NCBI RefSeq assembly: GCF_009914755.1
Contig: NC_060934.1
Length of the DNA: 64,000 nt
Reading direction: 5' to 3' (one strand)
Origin: the human T2T-CHM13v2.0 reference genome, Homo sapiens
Shown: piece after piece, positions 14,726 through 28,745 of the stretch
Layout: every line of letters begins with the position of its first letter
Position numbering within the stretch: position 1 is the stretch's first letter
Made by a program: the position numbers and the translations under genes
The notes under the pieces: model-generated
Database searches by the model: none
Told to the model about the DNA's origin: nothing
What the model saw: only the letters and a program-made list of their open reading frames with translations

Positions 14726-15822
14726 TACTCTAGTGTTTCCTGACAGGAAAGCATTAAATACAGCATAGAAAACTAAGAAGGAAAAATGGCACCAACATGA
14801 AATATGTTAAGCTTATATTTAATCTGCTGTTTTATGGGAGTTTTTTTTAAAGGAGCGAGAAGAAAAGCTACAAGGGATTTTAAAGAGTAATTCAAAGATC
14901 AAACATGATTTTTATCTTTTGTCCCAGAGCACTTCAGATTCAAACCCAAGGCTTCACCGCTGCTGATGCACATCCGCCTCTGAGTCTCGTAATTGGTAAA
15001 TTTACATCTTGTGTGTCACCAGCAGCTTAAGAAGGGAACAGATGTCAGTTTTAGGAAATCCTGTGAATTTCAGGTTTGCTCAGACTAATTGGTCCAATTG
15101 ATAAAATGCTAATGAGAAAGTAAATTCAAACCTTTACCATAATAAGTCTGAATTCTGACCAGTAAAGATGAATGTAACTGCCTTTCTGAAATTCCTATTT
15201 TTCACAGAGTAAAAAACATATTTTTTTCTTTAAAAAAATAAAGCTATATTTGTCCTTTAAGAAAGTGTTAATGTTGAGCTGGTAATGTAAGAATTACCTA
15301 GAAATGTTAATTGAAAATATTAACTGTTTTATACAATTAAATTCATTTTTTGGATTTCTTTTTTTAGAGCAATAGAATTCCATGCTGTCACTTGTTAGAT
15401 TTAATGTCATCTTGATAACACATCTAGGAATACCAAGCAACTAACTGCTTAAGCATTAACGTTTTTTCCATGTCATATAATAAGAGGAAGTTTCCATTTA
15501 CTTATACCATCTTTAATAGAAAAGAATGGTACAAGTCAAGGTCAAAGTCTCCTTACTGGAAGCAGCAGCCTGGCAGGCTGCTTAGGGGTCCTCATATGCT
15601 TTTTCCTCTCACTGAAGTAGTCCTCTTTCCTCTCTTCCAAGTTCAGTGTCATTAGCATAACAGGATCAGACAACTAGAGTTCATCTTGTTCAGCCCTCTG
15701 TCTTGTGCCGCTTCCATCTTATATTTTTTAACATAGCCACAGATTGGGAACACACAGTTTCTCACAGTAATAATTCCACATCTTATTTCCTTTTAGTGTT
15801 TGGAATGTGGCCACCCTGTGAA

Positions 15823-16157
15823 TTTTTTTTTTTTTTTTTTAAATTTTTTGAGACAAAGTCTCACTCTGTCGCCCAGGCTGGAGTGCAGTGGCACGATCTT
15901 GGCTCACTGCAACCTCCACCTCCCGGTTCAAGTGATTCTCCTGCCTCAGCCTTTCAAATAGCTGGGATCACAGGCATGTGCCACCACTCCCAGCTATTTA
16001 TTTTTTAATTTAATTTAATTTAATTTTTTTGTATTTTAGTAGTGATGGGGTTTTGCCATGTTGGTGAGGCTGGTCTCGAACTCCTGGCCTCAAGCTATCC
16101 ATCTGCCTCAGCCTCCCAAAGTGCTGGGATTACAGGCTTAAGCCACCATGCCCAGCC
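15823..16157 (-). mobile_element. AluS (Sz/Sx-like) with a (TTAAT)n-expanded middle linker
   Basis: Full antisense dimer with a T tail; linker ttttttaatttaatttaatttaattttttt. Confidence 0.93.
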
Positions 16158-16399
16158 CATGATGTGACTTTTATACAAACATAGAGCTTATACATTGAAT
16201 TGGTTGCTGCCCTTTTCAAGACTGTTACCTTGGAAGGTCAAATGTATATATTCGAGTGATATGCATCTTAGTATTTTAGGTAAGAGAAGACTCTGGGAGT
16301 TACAACTTATTCTAGCTCCTTTGCCTTCTCTTTCATCTTCTTCCAAAATTTCTTACATTACCATCTATTATTGCCATCTTCATTTATTCCCTAGCCCAT

Positions 16400-16665
16400 T
16401 GTAATCTGACTTCAGTACTCACTTCTGTATTAAAACTCTCACCAATGAGGTTACCCGTGACCGCCAAGTCTCTTAATAGGGACAATTGGGTGCACTCTCA
16501 TTTTCTCCAACCCACTCATTACCCTAAGAGTTATCATCTGCCTCCTTAACTAAACTAAGAGCAGCATGGAGGCGAGGGCCATCTTTCTTTATCACAGTAT
16601 CCTCTATGTCCAGCACACACCTGATATCACAGACCGTCAATGCTTCACTGAATGAATGAATGAAT
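16400..16665 (+). mobile_element. L2 fragments ending in a (TGAA)n 3' end
   Basis: gtaatctgacttcag...tccagcacacacctgata...tgaatgaatgaatgaatg. Confidence 0.6.
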
Positions 16666-16679
16666 GCATACTCTCTGCC

Positions 16680-17233
<554 letters not shown>

Positions 17234-17724
17234 AAGTCTTTATTCTTTTAATTGGTGGCTTTTATTTTTGGAATTATCCTAAAGCTACCAGGACACACAA
17301 CGTGTTTCACAACCTATAAGGCATTACAAAATCTGCAAAGGGGTATTAAAAGAGCTGTCCAGTCTACTTTTAGCCTAAAGAATTTAAGGCCTCATAGTGG
17401 GAGCATGATTAGCCAGAGCAATTTGCATAAAAATATACAATGGGAGGCTTTGACTCTGTTCTCATCTGTAGTAGCCAGGAATCCCCAACATTAGTGGGAA
17501 AGAGCTAGGCTCCTTGGGCAGTCAGATATTTGTCTACATGTGTGTGCCTGTGAGTGCATGCCTGCATGCACAGGTGCTGTGGACAGGGGAGGTGGAAGAG
17601 GGGCCAGGGGTGTTGGGATATTCCTTCTGGGAAAGGAGGACTCATTTCTCTTCTACTGTTCATTTCCACTCATCTCCCACCACCACACACAAACATATGC
17701 TAGTCTCCCCCGTAGCTCATGGCT

Positions 17725-18265
17725 ATTTATGTTTTATAGGTTGATTTTCTGATTATAAAATTAATGTTTTCATTGTTTAAAATTTAGGAAACAGAAACAA
17801 AAATCTTACAACCCCGAGATAACCAATAAAACACATATTTTATTCAGGACTTTAGACATATTTGGATTTCTTTTTACATAAGCGGCATCATTTTTTAATG
17901 AAGTTCTGTATTCTGCATTTTTGCTGAATGTTATAAAATGAGTATTTCTCCATGTCATTAAAAATTCTTCAGCAATATAATTTTAATGACTGCATATTGC
18001 TTTTTATGGATGTATCATAAACTTCCTAATTATTCTCCTCTTCTTGGGTATTTATGTTGTTCCCAGACCTTTTTTTTTTTTTTTTTTTTTTTTGGTGTTA
18101 TAAATAACGCCATGAAAAAGATTTCTGGGTAAAACTTTTGTCCACATCTCTGGTTATTTCCTTGGGACACATTACTTGTTCTGAAGCTAGTATGTATGAA
18201 CCATACTTAGGTTTATCAATACATATTGCTAAATTGTTTTTCAGGAAAATTTTACCAACTTTTCT
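17725..18265 (-). mobile_element. L1ME-type 3' relic
   Basis: ttttaatgactgcatattgc...tatggatgtatcataa...catattgctaaattgtttt. Confidence 0.6.
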
Positions 18266-18803
18266 CAGCCAACTGAGGTATTTTGAATATCACAAAAAAG
18301 TAAATTATGGTAAATGGCCATACTCTCTCCCTAAGGAAAATGGCAGTGGGACATAGCAAGGCAGTCAGATTTTCCAAATCAAGGGGTTGATCACAATTGA
18401 CTAGCTATTGGCTCCTGCCTTTGGCAAACCAGAAGCCTGGCAGAGGCCTAATAGAGGAAGAGTCTAGCAGAAATCATCTGAAATTAAGATAAGGCCATCC
18501 TTTTGCATATGAAGGGCCAGGTAGCAAAGTATACCAATATGTAGCTAGTGCTTTTGGAATATGCAGTTTATTATTTGACACATACCTGCATCCTAAAAGC
18601 ATTTGAGGTAAGCACTGGTTATCTGGGACCCAACTGCTCCTGAAGGACTAACCCCTGAACTCCCCAGCCTGCATAACTAAGTAACCAGATTCCAAAGCAG
18701 AGATTATTATCCTCATATTCAGTGTGACCTAACCAATCCATCTTGACATTATTTCTGATAATATCGTGCATATCTTTATATATCAATCAAGGTTTTATGA
18801 AAC

Positions 18804-19073
18804 GCAGTAAAACATTAAAATGGCTAAGAGCATAGACTCTGGAGCCAGACTGTCTGAGATTTAATTCCTAGCTCTACAATTTAGTAGCTGTGTGATCTTA
18901 GGCAAGTTACTTAATCTATCTGTGCCTTAGTTTTCTCATCATAATTTGAAGATAATAATAGTTCTTTTCTTTATAGTTGTCATGAAGAGTAAGTGAGTTA
19001 AAACATATAAATTTCTAGGAACAATATCAGGCCCATAGTAAATGCTATATACAAATTTCCTACTATTATTATT
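18804..19073 (+). mobile_element. Near full-length MIR
   Basis: aagagcatagactctggagccagactg...gctgtgtgatcttaggcaagttacttaatc...catagtaaatgct. Confidence 0.88.
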
Positions 19074-19570
19074 TCGAGTTGCTAAGAATTAACTTTAGCA
19101 GAGGAAGTAACATTAGATAACACAAATATTTTAAAGCAATTGCTTGAGTTTTGGGAATAAAAGGAATGCTTTTTTTCAACTAGGATCCCAATAATATTTC
19201 GGTTCTGTCCTTGAAAAGTTTTTCTTTTTTTTATCATGATTGTACTCAGTAAACTTTTGGATCTCTCAGACATATTTGAAAGCAGTGTCTTATACTGGGG
19301 ACAAGGACCATTAGCATTACCACCCATCTGATACTTTCCCCTTTACACTAAGGCATTATTCCCATAATCTTACAAATTTCCCATAATCTTACAACCCAGA
19401 TATAACAATGACAATGACAACAAAAGGCATATTTCCTTTTAGGACTTTTTTTTTTTTGCCATAGCCTTTCTCTTAGATTCATCTGGATAAATCTCACTGA
19501 TAGGTTGAGGTTATCAGAGTGTGTCTAGAATTTGACAGTACCGGTCCTAGAAAGGCCTGGTCAGATTCTT

Positions 19571-19597
19571 TATATATATATATATATATATATATAT
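19571..19597. repeat. (TA)n microsatellite
   Basis: About 13 TA units. Confidence 0.95.
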
Positions 19598-22500
19598 GAC
19601 TTTTGACAATGAACCATTTGAAATCTAATTCCACTGCATGATCCAGATGAATAAATAAGCTAAATGAAAAGCATCCAAGGAAAGGAACTACTCAAAGAAG
19701 CAGGAACTGCTTGAGCAGCAGAAATTGACATGACCATGGACATGAGGGTCTATAAACTCTGGGCTATCATGGATAATTGAAAGTCATAATTTTCCAAAGG
19801 GCTTAATTGAATATTTGAAAATTTGTATGAAAATAAACTGAGTCAACTAAATAATAATAAACACAGCTAAACTAAACAATATAAATCTTCAAAAGAAGAA
19901 CCCTAATTAAAAAGATAGATTGCACTTCCTGGACTTTGCCATTCTGGTTGTTTTCAATATTATGCCACTGGGAAAATACAACTGTTTCTAATCAAATAAT
20001 TTAAACTCCCATGCTGGGGCTTAAGTGTGTGTTCTCCCATTTTTCTCTTGCTACTTGTTTTGGGGATAAAGCAGCTCAAATTATTCAGACACCAATCAGA
20101 TTTATCATCCTGTGCCTTTTGATGACATCCATCTGTTTATCTAAGAAGCCATTAAAGACTTATTGAGTTACAGTGCTATGGAGAAAATTGGGTTATCATC
20201 TATGGTTAAATCCAATTCTTGCATCTGCCATCTTTTCAGCTTATGTGGTATATTCTGAAATTACCGGGACTTGCAGACCTGCACTACAAGAATACATTTG
20301 CTTCCTAGCCTTTCTATGTCATTTCTAGAGAATTTCTAATGTATGCACAATTTGTGGTTCAGGAATATGTTGACAGAAAGATGTCAGTGCTTTCTGTTGT
20401 TAAAAGTTCAAAAGCCTAATAGAGACTATGCCAGCTTAAAAGTCTTATTCAGAAGTGGGTACTGTCCAATTCCAACGTTTGTGTTTAGACTAGCCTATTC
20501 AAAGGAAAATTTGACTCTAGGTCACAAAGGTAGAAGTGTGTTAATCAGAAGATAAAGATAAATTAATATCAAGTCAAAATTCAAACGGACAAAAAAAGTG
20601 AGAGCTCATCACAAAAGGTGTTAAATAAACACCAGCAAGTAAACTGATAAGACACAAAGGATCCAATCTTGCTAGGGAATGACTAGGTAGAAGTCCAGTG
20701 CTTATCTCACAAGTCAAGCAGCTTAAGCAAGGCTAAAAGTCATGTTTTCTGAGCTGGTGAAGAAGCAGTGGACTGTGTGGAGAAAACTAATTGAAATAAA
20801 GTGAATATTTGCAGTTTCCGGGAGATACTGTTATATCCTGACTGCAGGAGCCCCAGAGAAAGAGCAACTGTAAATCAGGCAGATGCTTCAGTTTGCCAAT
20901 TTTTCTAGCATTTGTCAGAGAAATAATGAGGAACCCATCAGGAAAACATTTCCTTGATTTGTTTATGTAAATCAGGCCAGAATTCTGGGAAACCCAGGTT
21001 TTCTGGGAATCTTCAAGAATTACAGCATAGCTGCTCCTCCTGAAATTCTAGCTGAACACACTATTTATTGAGCATTTAAGAAGATCTTTCCGATCATATT
21101 TCAGTTTCCTTTCTTTGTTTTCCTCATAGTAAGGTAAGTACCCTGAAATGGGAGACGATAGCCGTGCGATAGCTGAGCATAATCAGTTGAGATCTACATG
21201 CCAGATATGGCTGGTTTCAGAAAGATATTCATTTGTCTGTCTACCTGTTTGCTTCCTGTGACCTTCATATAACTTCTACCTGTACTGTCAGCAGAGATGC
21301 TGTTTTTGTGTCACTGGTGATGCCACAGTGAAAGAAAAATATTGCCAAGGCAAGGATGACAAGGAACCAGGACCTAGACCCTAAAGTAGCAAATATTGTG
21401 GGGAAGAGTCTCCTGGGAGTACTCTTTCACAACCTACTAAATTCATCCAAAAGTAAATTTTAGTAGGATTGAAAAATACTCAGCCTCTTGTTCAGAGTGA
21501 GAAGCTATATACTGTATGATTTTAAGAGTTATGCCTTTTTGTCTTTACCACCCTAGTCAACGCACAAAATACTTGCTCTAACTTGCTGAAATTCTATGAT
21601 TAACAATTCATTTATTTGTCTTAAGCTTTGTTAACCTTTTAACATATAGGTATATGTAGATTATCTGACCCTTTCTTTAAGGTAGTTTCTGGCTGCAGAA
21701 AGGGAGGAGTGAGGACCCTTTGGGCCAGAAGGAGAAGACACCTCGTTTCTCCAAAGCTTTTGTCTGTGATTTACTGTATTGATTGACTATTTAGGTTAGC
21801 ATTTTGATTTTCAGTCAAAACGGCAGAGGGAAATATATTGGCCACTTTTCAGTCATTTATTCAAAGACCAATGAGACTGAGACAATACCTGTGGACTATT
21901 CTCTAATATTTTATTGAGTGACTTTATTAATTTTAGTGTTTAGATAGGAGAAATGATATTGAGAATTCTCTAAGAAGGCTTTCAATAATTGCATCGATCA
22001 GTTAAAGGTGTTGATCCAGATGCAAATAACTGCTGGAATGGCTAATGACAAGGTTCTGGAAATGTACTAGGAATTACTCAAGACAGAAGGTCTGAGAGGA
22101 TCAAAATTGGTATCCAGAAATGGCACCACCACTCTCCCCTCTTTCACTGTTTCCATCTTCATATCTCCCCCACAGCTCTTCATGCTTGTCAACTTGGGGA
22201 AAGTCATGGTTGATGCCCTTCTGACAGCCTGCTGGAGAAGATCTGTTGCCTTTTCTGGCAGTCAGTGACGTCTTCTGCCACAACTGGGCTTTACTCTATG
22301 GCTTTCTTAGAAAGCAGCATCCATAGCTGGAGGAGCCTTGAGTTCACTGGACTGAGTCCTTTCAGCTTGAAGCTGACCTCCCTGATTGCCCTGCCTCTCC
22401 ATTGCAGTTTCCGTTCTCACACTGACCAATACTAATTGAAGGAGATAGCATCACCTACTGGTAATCAGGTCCCTGCCTTGTCTTAGGTTGCCATCCAATA

Positions 22501-22849
22501 ACAACTTGAGAATTTATAAAATATTGTTTTTCTTTACAGGTGTTTCTTGAGTTTGTTTCTCAAGTACCAAGCACTATCAGAGAAAGAAATCAATGTTAAT
22601 TATACACAAACTGTAGGAATACAAAAGAACATTTAGATAATCACTTCTCTGAAGGAAACTACAATCTCTTCAGGCAGATAATAGATAATATGGGTATCTT
22701 CCATTTCTACAAAAGATAAAAATGTAGGTGAGAGAGAAAGAGCACTTACTAAAAGTTAAATGGAGTCAGCAGAACCTGAGATTTCCAAGTGATAGAAACC
22801 TGGACAGGCAGCAGAGGTGGAGAAGCACAGTCTAAGTGGAGAGTCACAT

Positions 22850-23215
22850 GAGCAAAGGAGACTCAGAAATCAGAGTTCTTTGGAAGTGGGAGGTTGCTAA
22901 GAAAGATCGAAAATGCCAGGAAGGCCCTTACTTCCAAGATGAGCTTGAATTTGATCTGGTAGGAATTGGGAAACCATTTTGGATTTCTGAGCAGGGATCC
23001 AAGCTTTAAATGCACGGTTTTGAGGACATTTACTTTTCTGGAGTATACAAACTCAGCTGTTAAAGAGTGGGATCAGAAGCTAAAGATCAGCTAGGAAAAA
23101 TTACAGTAATCCAGGCAGGTGAGGGTCTAGATTGCAGCAGAAAAAGAGAGTCTCTGATGAATTCAAAAGTTATTGGAAAGTGGAAATTGATAGGACTTGG
23201 TGACAAATTGAATTA
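22850..23215 (-). mobile_element. L2 relic
   Basis: gaatttgatctggtaggaattgggaaacca...cagtaatccaggc...ataggacttggtgacaaattg. Confidence 0.6.
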
Positions 23216-23744
23216 AATTGACTAATCATTTATTATTTTGTGCATCTCAGCATTCTACATCTCTACCAGTGAACTCATTAAAGAGATTTTTATGTTAATA
23301 GCGAAGTTTTTAATGTAAGTTGATTTGAGAGATCTTTTCTGGTTGAATACAGTTGGCAGGCTGTTGGATTTAGTAGGCAAGGCCACATTTATCTGGCATC
23401 ATTAAAATTAGGTAACCTAAATAAATAAAATATTTAGACAATTGAAGCTTGCTGTCATTGCCCAATTTGGGGAGGCAGTCCAGAGGGACTGGCCAGATCA
23501 GATACCATTCTGTGGATAAGTTATCCTGAGGGACAAGTGGAGAAACAAATTCAGGGGCACTTTTTCTAAGAACGGGAAGGGGACTCCCAAAGATATTCCC
23601 CAAACTAAGACATCAGTCTCTGAGACAAAATAGAACATGAAATGAGGATAGAGATTCAAGGATCTAAGTAGTCCATTCATTAATGAAATAATATTACTTA
23701 TGTGCATTGAGTACCTACTTCCGTGCTGAAAGCTTTGCATAGGT

Positions 23745-24150
23745 CATTTGTTTTACTTGTATGTATTGAGCACTTACTAGGTGTTGGCTGAGCAAAGAAC
23801 CTAACAGGTATGTTCCCAGCCCTTATAGAGCTTATAGTCTGGTGTGGGAGATAGTCATCAAACAAATAATTATACAAATACATACTTAGTTACAAATTGT
23901 GATCATTGCAGTAAAGGGAAATATAGAGTGGCATGGGGGTAAAACAAGGGTTCTCCACTTAGATTTCACAGTCAAAAATGGTGTTCCTGAGTAAATAATA
24001 TTCTAGCAGAAACTTTGAAGGATGACTGGGAATTAGCCAGGCAAAGACTAAAAGGTTGAGTGTCAAGGACACTGAAAGGCAAAGTAGGAGATCAAATACT
24101 GGGAATCTTGAAGTCGGAAGTAGGTATTTGGTTTAAGCTTTGGAGCAAGG
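23745..24150 (-). mobile_element. L2 3' end
   Basis: tattgagcacttacta...cccagcccttatagagcttatagtctggtgtgggaga. Confidence 0.7.
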
Positions 24151-24237
24151 TGAAACTGGAACCTGGAATGGCTGTAATTACAAATTGTCCTCAGATTACC
24201 CAGCTCAGAATCTACAGACACAAGCTAAATGAAAAAG

Positions 24238-24466
24238 GCAGCATATTTAATGGTCAGAACATCACAACATACAATTTGCAGTCAGATGAATGTGGACCAC
24301 TTCTTGGGTGTTTTATCCTGGGAAGACACTTACCCTTTCTCAGCTTTAATTTTTTCATTCTGTACAATGGGGCTAATACTGCTTATCTCTTGGGGATTGT
24401 GAAAGGCTCAAATGAGATAATGTCTGTAATATACTTAATTCAGTACCTGACAGACAATATATGCTC
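24238..24466 (+). mobile_element. MIR
   Basis: ctgtacaatggggctaatac...ggattgtgaaaggctcaaatgagataat. Confidence 0.7.
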
Positions 24467-27074
24467 TTCCTTCATGTCACCAAGTCTTTTGTTATTCTAT
24501 TTAATTCATATTTATTTTGATAACAACATGAAGATACCCACATACCTAGCAAAATGTAGGAACTTTATAACAGGCATTTTCTTTGCTGCTCAGAAGCTTA
24601 TCTGAGTCTTTTCCACCTATTCCCTGATCTGTAATTGTGTTTCATATTTTTGAGGCTCTCTGAAGTGAAATCTCCAGATTGGGAAAGGGTTAAGGGATTC
24701 ATATGTAAATAGACATAGAATTCAGTGTGTGCTCAATTAAGATTTGATGAATGAATGATTACTGTATAATTATAGAGATCTGACAGTGATAACCATAGTT
24801 AATTCATTGCTAAGGTCGTGTACATTGAAAAATAATTTTAAAGCATTTTTTAGTAATTTGTGTTTTTAAGTTGTTAGTAAACTAAATTGCAACCTTTTGT
24901 TCTCTGAATATTCTCTTAACTATAAATCTACCATGTTTTAATCAGAGAAATGTTGTGACAGTTCCAGGAAAGGAAACATTTTTTCTGTTTAAAACATTTC
25001 TAGCATTTCAGCCAAACAATTTATCTAGAATGGTTTTCCCTTTAAAAGGAATAGTAGACAATTAGAAGCATAGTACAGTACATTTTCTGCCTTATGGTTC
25101 CAAGCCAAAAACCAGAGAACTTTTGTGCGTTATAAGCAATTGTAAACTAAAATGAGTAACTGGTATATGGTAATAGACTCGGCTTTGAGCTGCTATTACC
25201 ATAGAATACTTTTCCGGCTTTCTTAGAAGCACGAGAACAAAATTGGGAAGAAGGCATTTATCTGATTGAAGCTAGGATGCTACTTGCATTGTACTTCACT
25301 TTAGGTAGAAAGGCAGTCATTTTATTTGCTGTTAATGTGAAAAGAGATATCACTTCTCTTTAGAATGTAGCCAGCAAATCAGTATCTAAAGCCTATACAC
25401 ATGGCTAGAAACAAAGCTACCCATATAGCCTTAGACCTCCCTGAACCTGATCAGGCCCCAGGATACTGTTCTGCTCATCACAGTGGGAAGCTACAGGTTT
25501 GCTCAAACCAAGTCCATCTATGGGAGTTACTAAAACCTCTCCTTAGCACTTCTCCAGAATATGGAAGTTTGGGAAAGCCCACTCCAGGGGGTCCCTACAT
25601 ATACCTACATAAAAGCTTCATTTATTTGTATAAACAGGCAGATCAGAAATAGGTTAGTGACAATAAATGGGTAAAGTACACTGATGTTTAAATATTTCCC
25701 TTGCAATAATACCTGGATGAGATTATTTTATTTGGACTTTGGGAACAAAAGCATTGTTTGGCAATATTTAAATCCTAGTAAATATAAACAGTAAGCAAAT
25801 TTTACAATTAATTTAAATAGTTCAGCCAACCACATAACTATATAAATCCTATGTTAGTTTAATCTCTCTAGGGACTTGGCAATATTTTTTTCTTGATAGG
25901 CAGATTTCACATATATTTTATTCATTTATTCAAAAATATTAACTAAGTCCAAGAAAATTCCTAAGCACCGTGCTAGGCACTAATGCCAAACGGCCCTGCA
26001 CTAAATGGACACTTAGAGTCTTGTGTGGGATTCAGACAGGAAGCAAATAGTGTCTCAGTATTCTCTCTGCAGTATCCTTCCCTCTTAAGACGACTCCCAG
26101 ATCAGAGGGGAGCAGCTCCTGTAGAAGTGGCCCAGGGCTAGGAGACCTGCCACTCCCCTTCTCCCCACTGTCCTCTCAGCGCTCCTCTGTAGGGCTCTGC
26201 AGATCTAGTTTGAAGATTGCTTTACATATGGTTCTGATGTGCAGAAAAATGGAAGAATCTTTGCTGAATCTATTTCATTTGGACTAAATCTGTTTCAGAT
26301 CTTACTGGCCAGCCTCGCCATACTGGCCACACACATGCAAGAAAAAGCCTTCATTCCAACCAACCTAAAGCCACACTATTTGCTCATTACAATGAAAGAC
26401 ATAATTTACTTATTGCATGGCTTAGGCCAGAGAGAATGCCAGTAGGAAGACTCTTCTCCCAGGAAATAAATAGATTATAAGAAACAATAAGAAATAAATA
26501 GATGTGGACAAGAAGCCTCAATATGCTTACCTGTCTACACACACACACACGTTATTGAACCTGATGAAGGGTTCTGAACTTGCAGAATACCAGATAATTG
26601 ACATATCAGTGCATCTCTAGTCTGGGTAGATTAATCTGGGGTACAAGTATATTTTCTCTGTTTTTTATGTTGTTGTTGTTTCTACAAGCAGTTTCCTTTT
26701 GCATTTCCTCTGTGCAAAACAAGGACCTGGGGATCTGCTTCATTTATAATTAGAGCAAGAAAGTCCTGCTTGACATTGTATTGGAGCCTTACAGTTTCAA
26801 GACTCTCGGTTGCATAATGCATGTGTTTTGTTAATACCGTTAATACCATGTAATACTAGTGCCCCTGATACTGTGTATAAATGAGGCATACAAGTAGCTC
26901 CTTCGCCCAGCAGCAACATGGTCTGTACTTGTAGAAAAATTTACCTCCTGACCCCCTAAATATTGATTGTTTGATTGGAGAATTGAGAGATTCCAGTGGT
27001 AGGGATCAGAAAAGATGAAAAAGATGAAAATGTGTAGGCATAAAAATAGTATAAGGAAGAGAAAAATTATAATG

Positions 27075-27560
27075 GCATCACATATATGTTGCATATTCTA
27101 TGCCAGGTAGTGTTAAAAAGGTTTATGTATGTGCATTCACATACTCATTTAAATATTACAGCACCCCCCAGGGGATACACATACTTACTGAAATTTTAGT
27201 CTGTGTAACATAGCAAGATCCTGTTTCTACTAAAAATTACATTTAAAAAAATAGCTGGGCATGGTGATACATGCCTGTAGTCCCAGCTACTCAAGAGGCT
27301 GAAGTTAGAGAATTGCTTGAGCCCAGGACCTCCATGTTGCAGTGAACCATGATCGTGCCACTGCAGTCCAGCCTGGGTGACGTGCAACTCTCTATCTCAA
27401 AAAAAAAAAAAAAAAAAAAGAAAGAAAGAAAGAAATTTTATAGATTGGGGAAACCAAAGTAAAATGCCTTGGCCAAGATGACATGGCAAACAAGTGACAG
27501 AGTGAGGATTTGAACCCAGACAGTCCAGCTGTCAAGTCAATGCTCAAAGCATGATGCTAT
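27075..27560 (-). mobile_element. MIR split by an AluJ
   Basis: ctatgccagg...ctcatttaaa [Alu] attttatagattggggaaacc...ggatttgaacccagacagtc. Confidence 0.7.
27199..27431 (+). mobile_element. 5'-truncated AluJ with an A/(GAAA)n tail
   Basis: ttgcttgagcccagga...catgatcgtgccactgca; TSD gaaatttta at 27190-27198 and 27432-27440. Confidence 0.9.
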
Positions 27561-28445
27561 GTAGCCATAGGAGAGCCCTATATGCAGGTAGAGGAAAGAT
27601 TTCTTTATAAACCAAAAGATGGGTGTAGACTCAGTGAGTCTGTATAACGGGGTAAAGGGAGTTGTGAGAAAGGGAACCGAGAATTTTGAAAGGAATAGAG
27701 GGCTGAACTGAAGCTGAACTGGGGAAGCCCCTGACTGTGGTAAATAAACAGAAAATAAAAACAATAGTAGTCACTTAGCTGCTTTAAATCCCCTTTTTAG
27801 CAATAGATTGTAAATGATAATCACTGTGAGTTTTTTTTAAGGGAATACTAGAGATTCTGGTCCAACTGTGGTTTGAGTGGCTGCAAGGAAAGCATTTTCA
27901 ACCAGCAGCGGAGGCTGCAGTCATTCACGAGCATCAGGAAATCAGGGGAGCCTCGGAGAGGCTGTGGGTGATGGATGGGAACAAGTTGAAAGAATAGTAT
28001 GCAGAAGCCTGGGGTCAGGGTGGGGCAGTAAAAGCTGAGCTCAGGAGCCAGGAAATTGTTCAGAAGCTAGAAATCAAAAGTCATCAGATGGTAAAAGCCA
28101 ACACAGCAGAGATGATGCCAAAAGCACCTGGAAACAAGGCAAAAACAGCTTCAGACAGGAGAAAGCAGCTTATATTGCTGGACTAGGAACTGAAATTATT
28201 TCCCAGGATAAAGTCATCCTGCTGGAGGCTTTCAGTAGAGTGCTTCACCTCAACTGGCAGTGGCTGTCAGCCAAGGAGAAACAGATGCAATCTGTAGCTC
28301 TAACTGAAAAGCCTGCTGTCGCAAGGACCCAGAGATCTGAGACAGTGGGGTCAACCTGAGCCTGGCCATGGGAGAGGGTGAACTATGGAGAAAAGTGAAG
28401 GAATCCCAGGCTTCGGCTAGAGAAGACCTGTGATAAATAGAAAGG

Positions 28446-28745
28446 GGCCAGGTACGGTGGCTCACGCCTGTAATCCTAACACTTGGAGAGGCCAAGGCAG
28501 GTGGATCACCTGGGGTCAGGAGTTCGAGACCAGCCTGGCCAACATGGTGAAACCCAGTCTCTACTAATAAAAATTTTAAAAATTAGCCAGGAGTGCTGAT
28601 GGGTACCTGTAATCTCAGCTACTTGGGAGGCTGAGGAGAATCGCTTGAACCCAGTGGGCGGAGGTTGCAGTGAGCCAAGATCTCACCACTGCACTCCAGC
28701 CTGGGCAACAGAGTGAGACTCCATCTCAAAGACAAAAACAAAAAA
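28446..28745 (+). mobile_element. AluSx-like, full length
   Basis: Complete dimer; TSD agaaagg. Confidence 0.95.

Noticed and set aside
24060-24605. 181-aa ORF
   Set aside because: Spans decayed L2 and MIR sequence, starts at GTG, and has no recognisable domain
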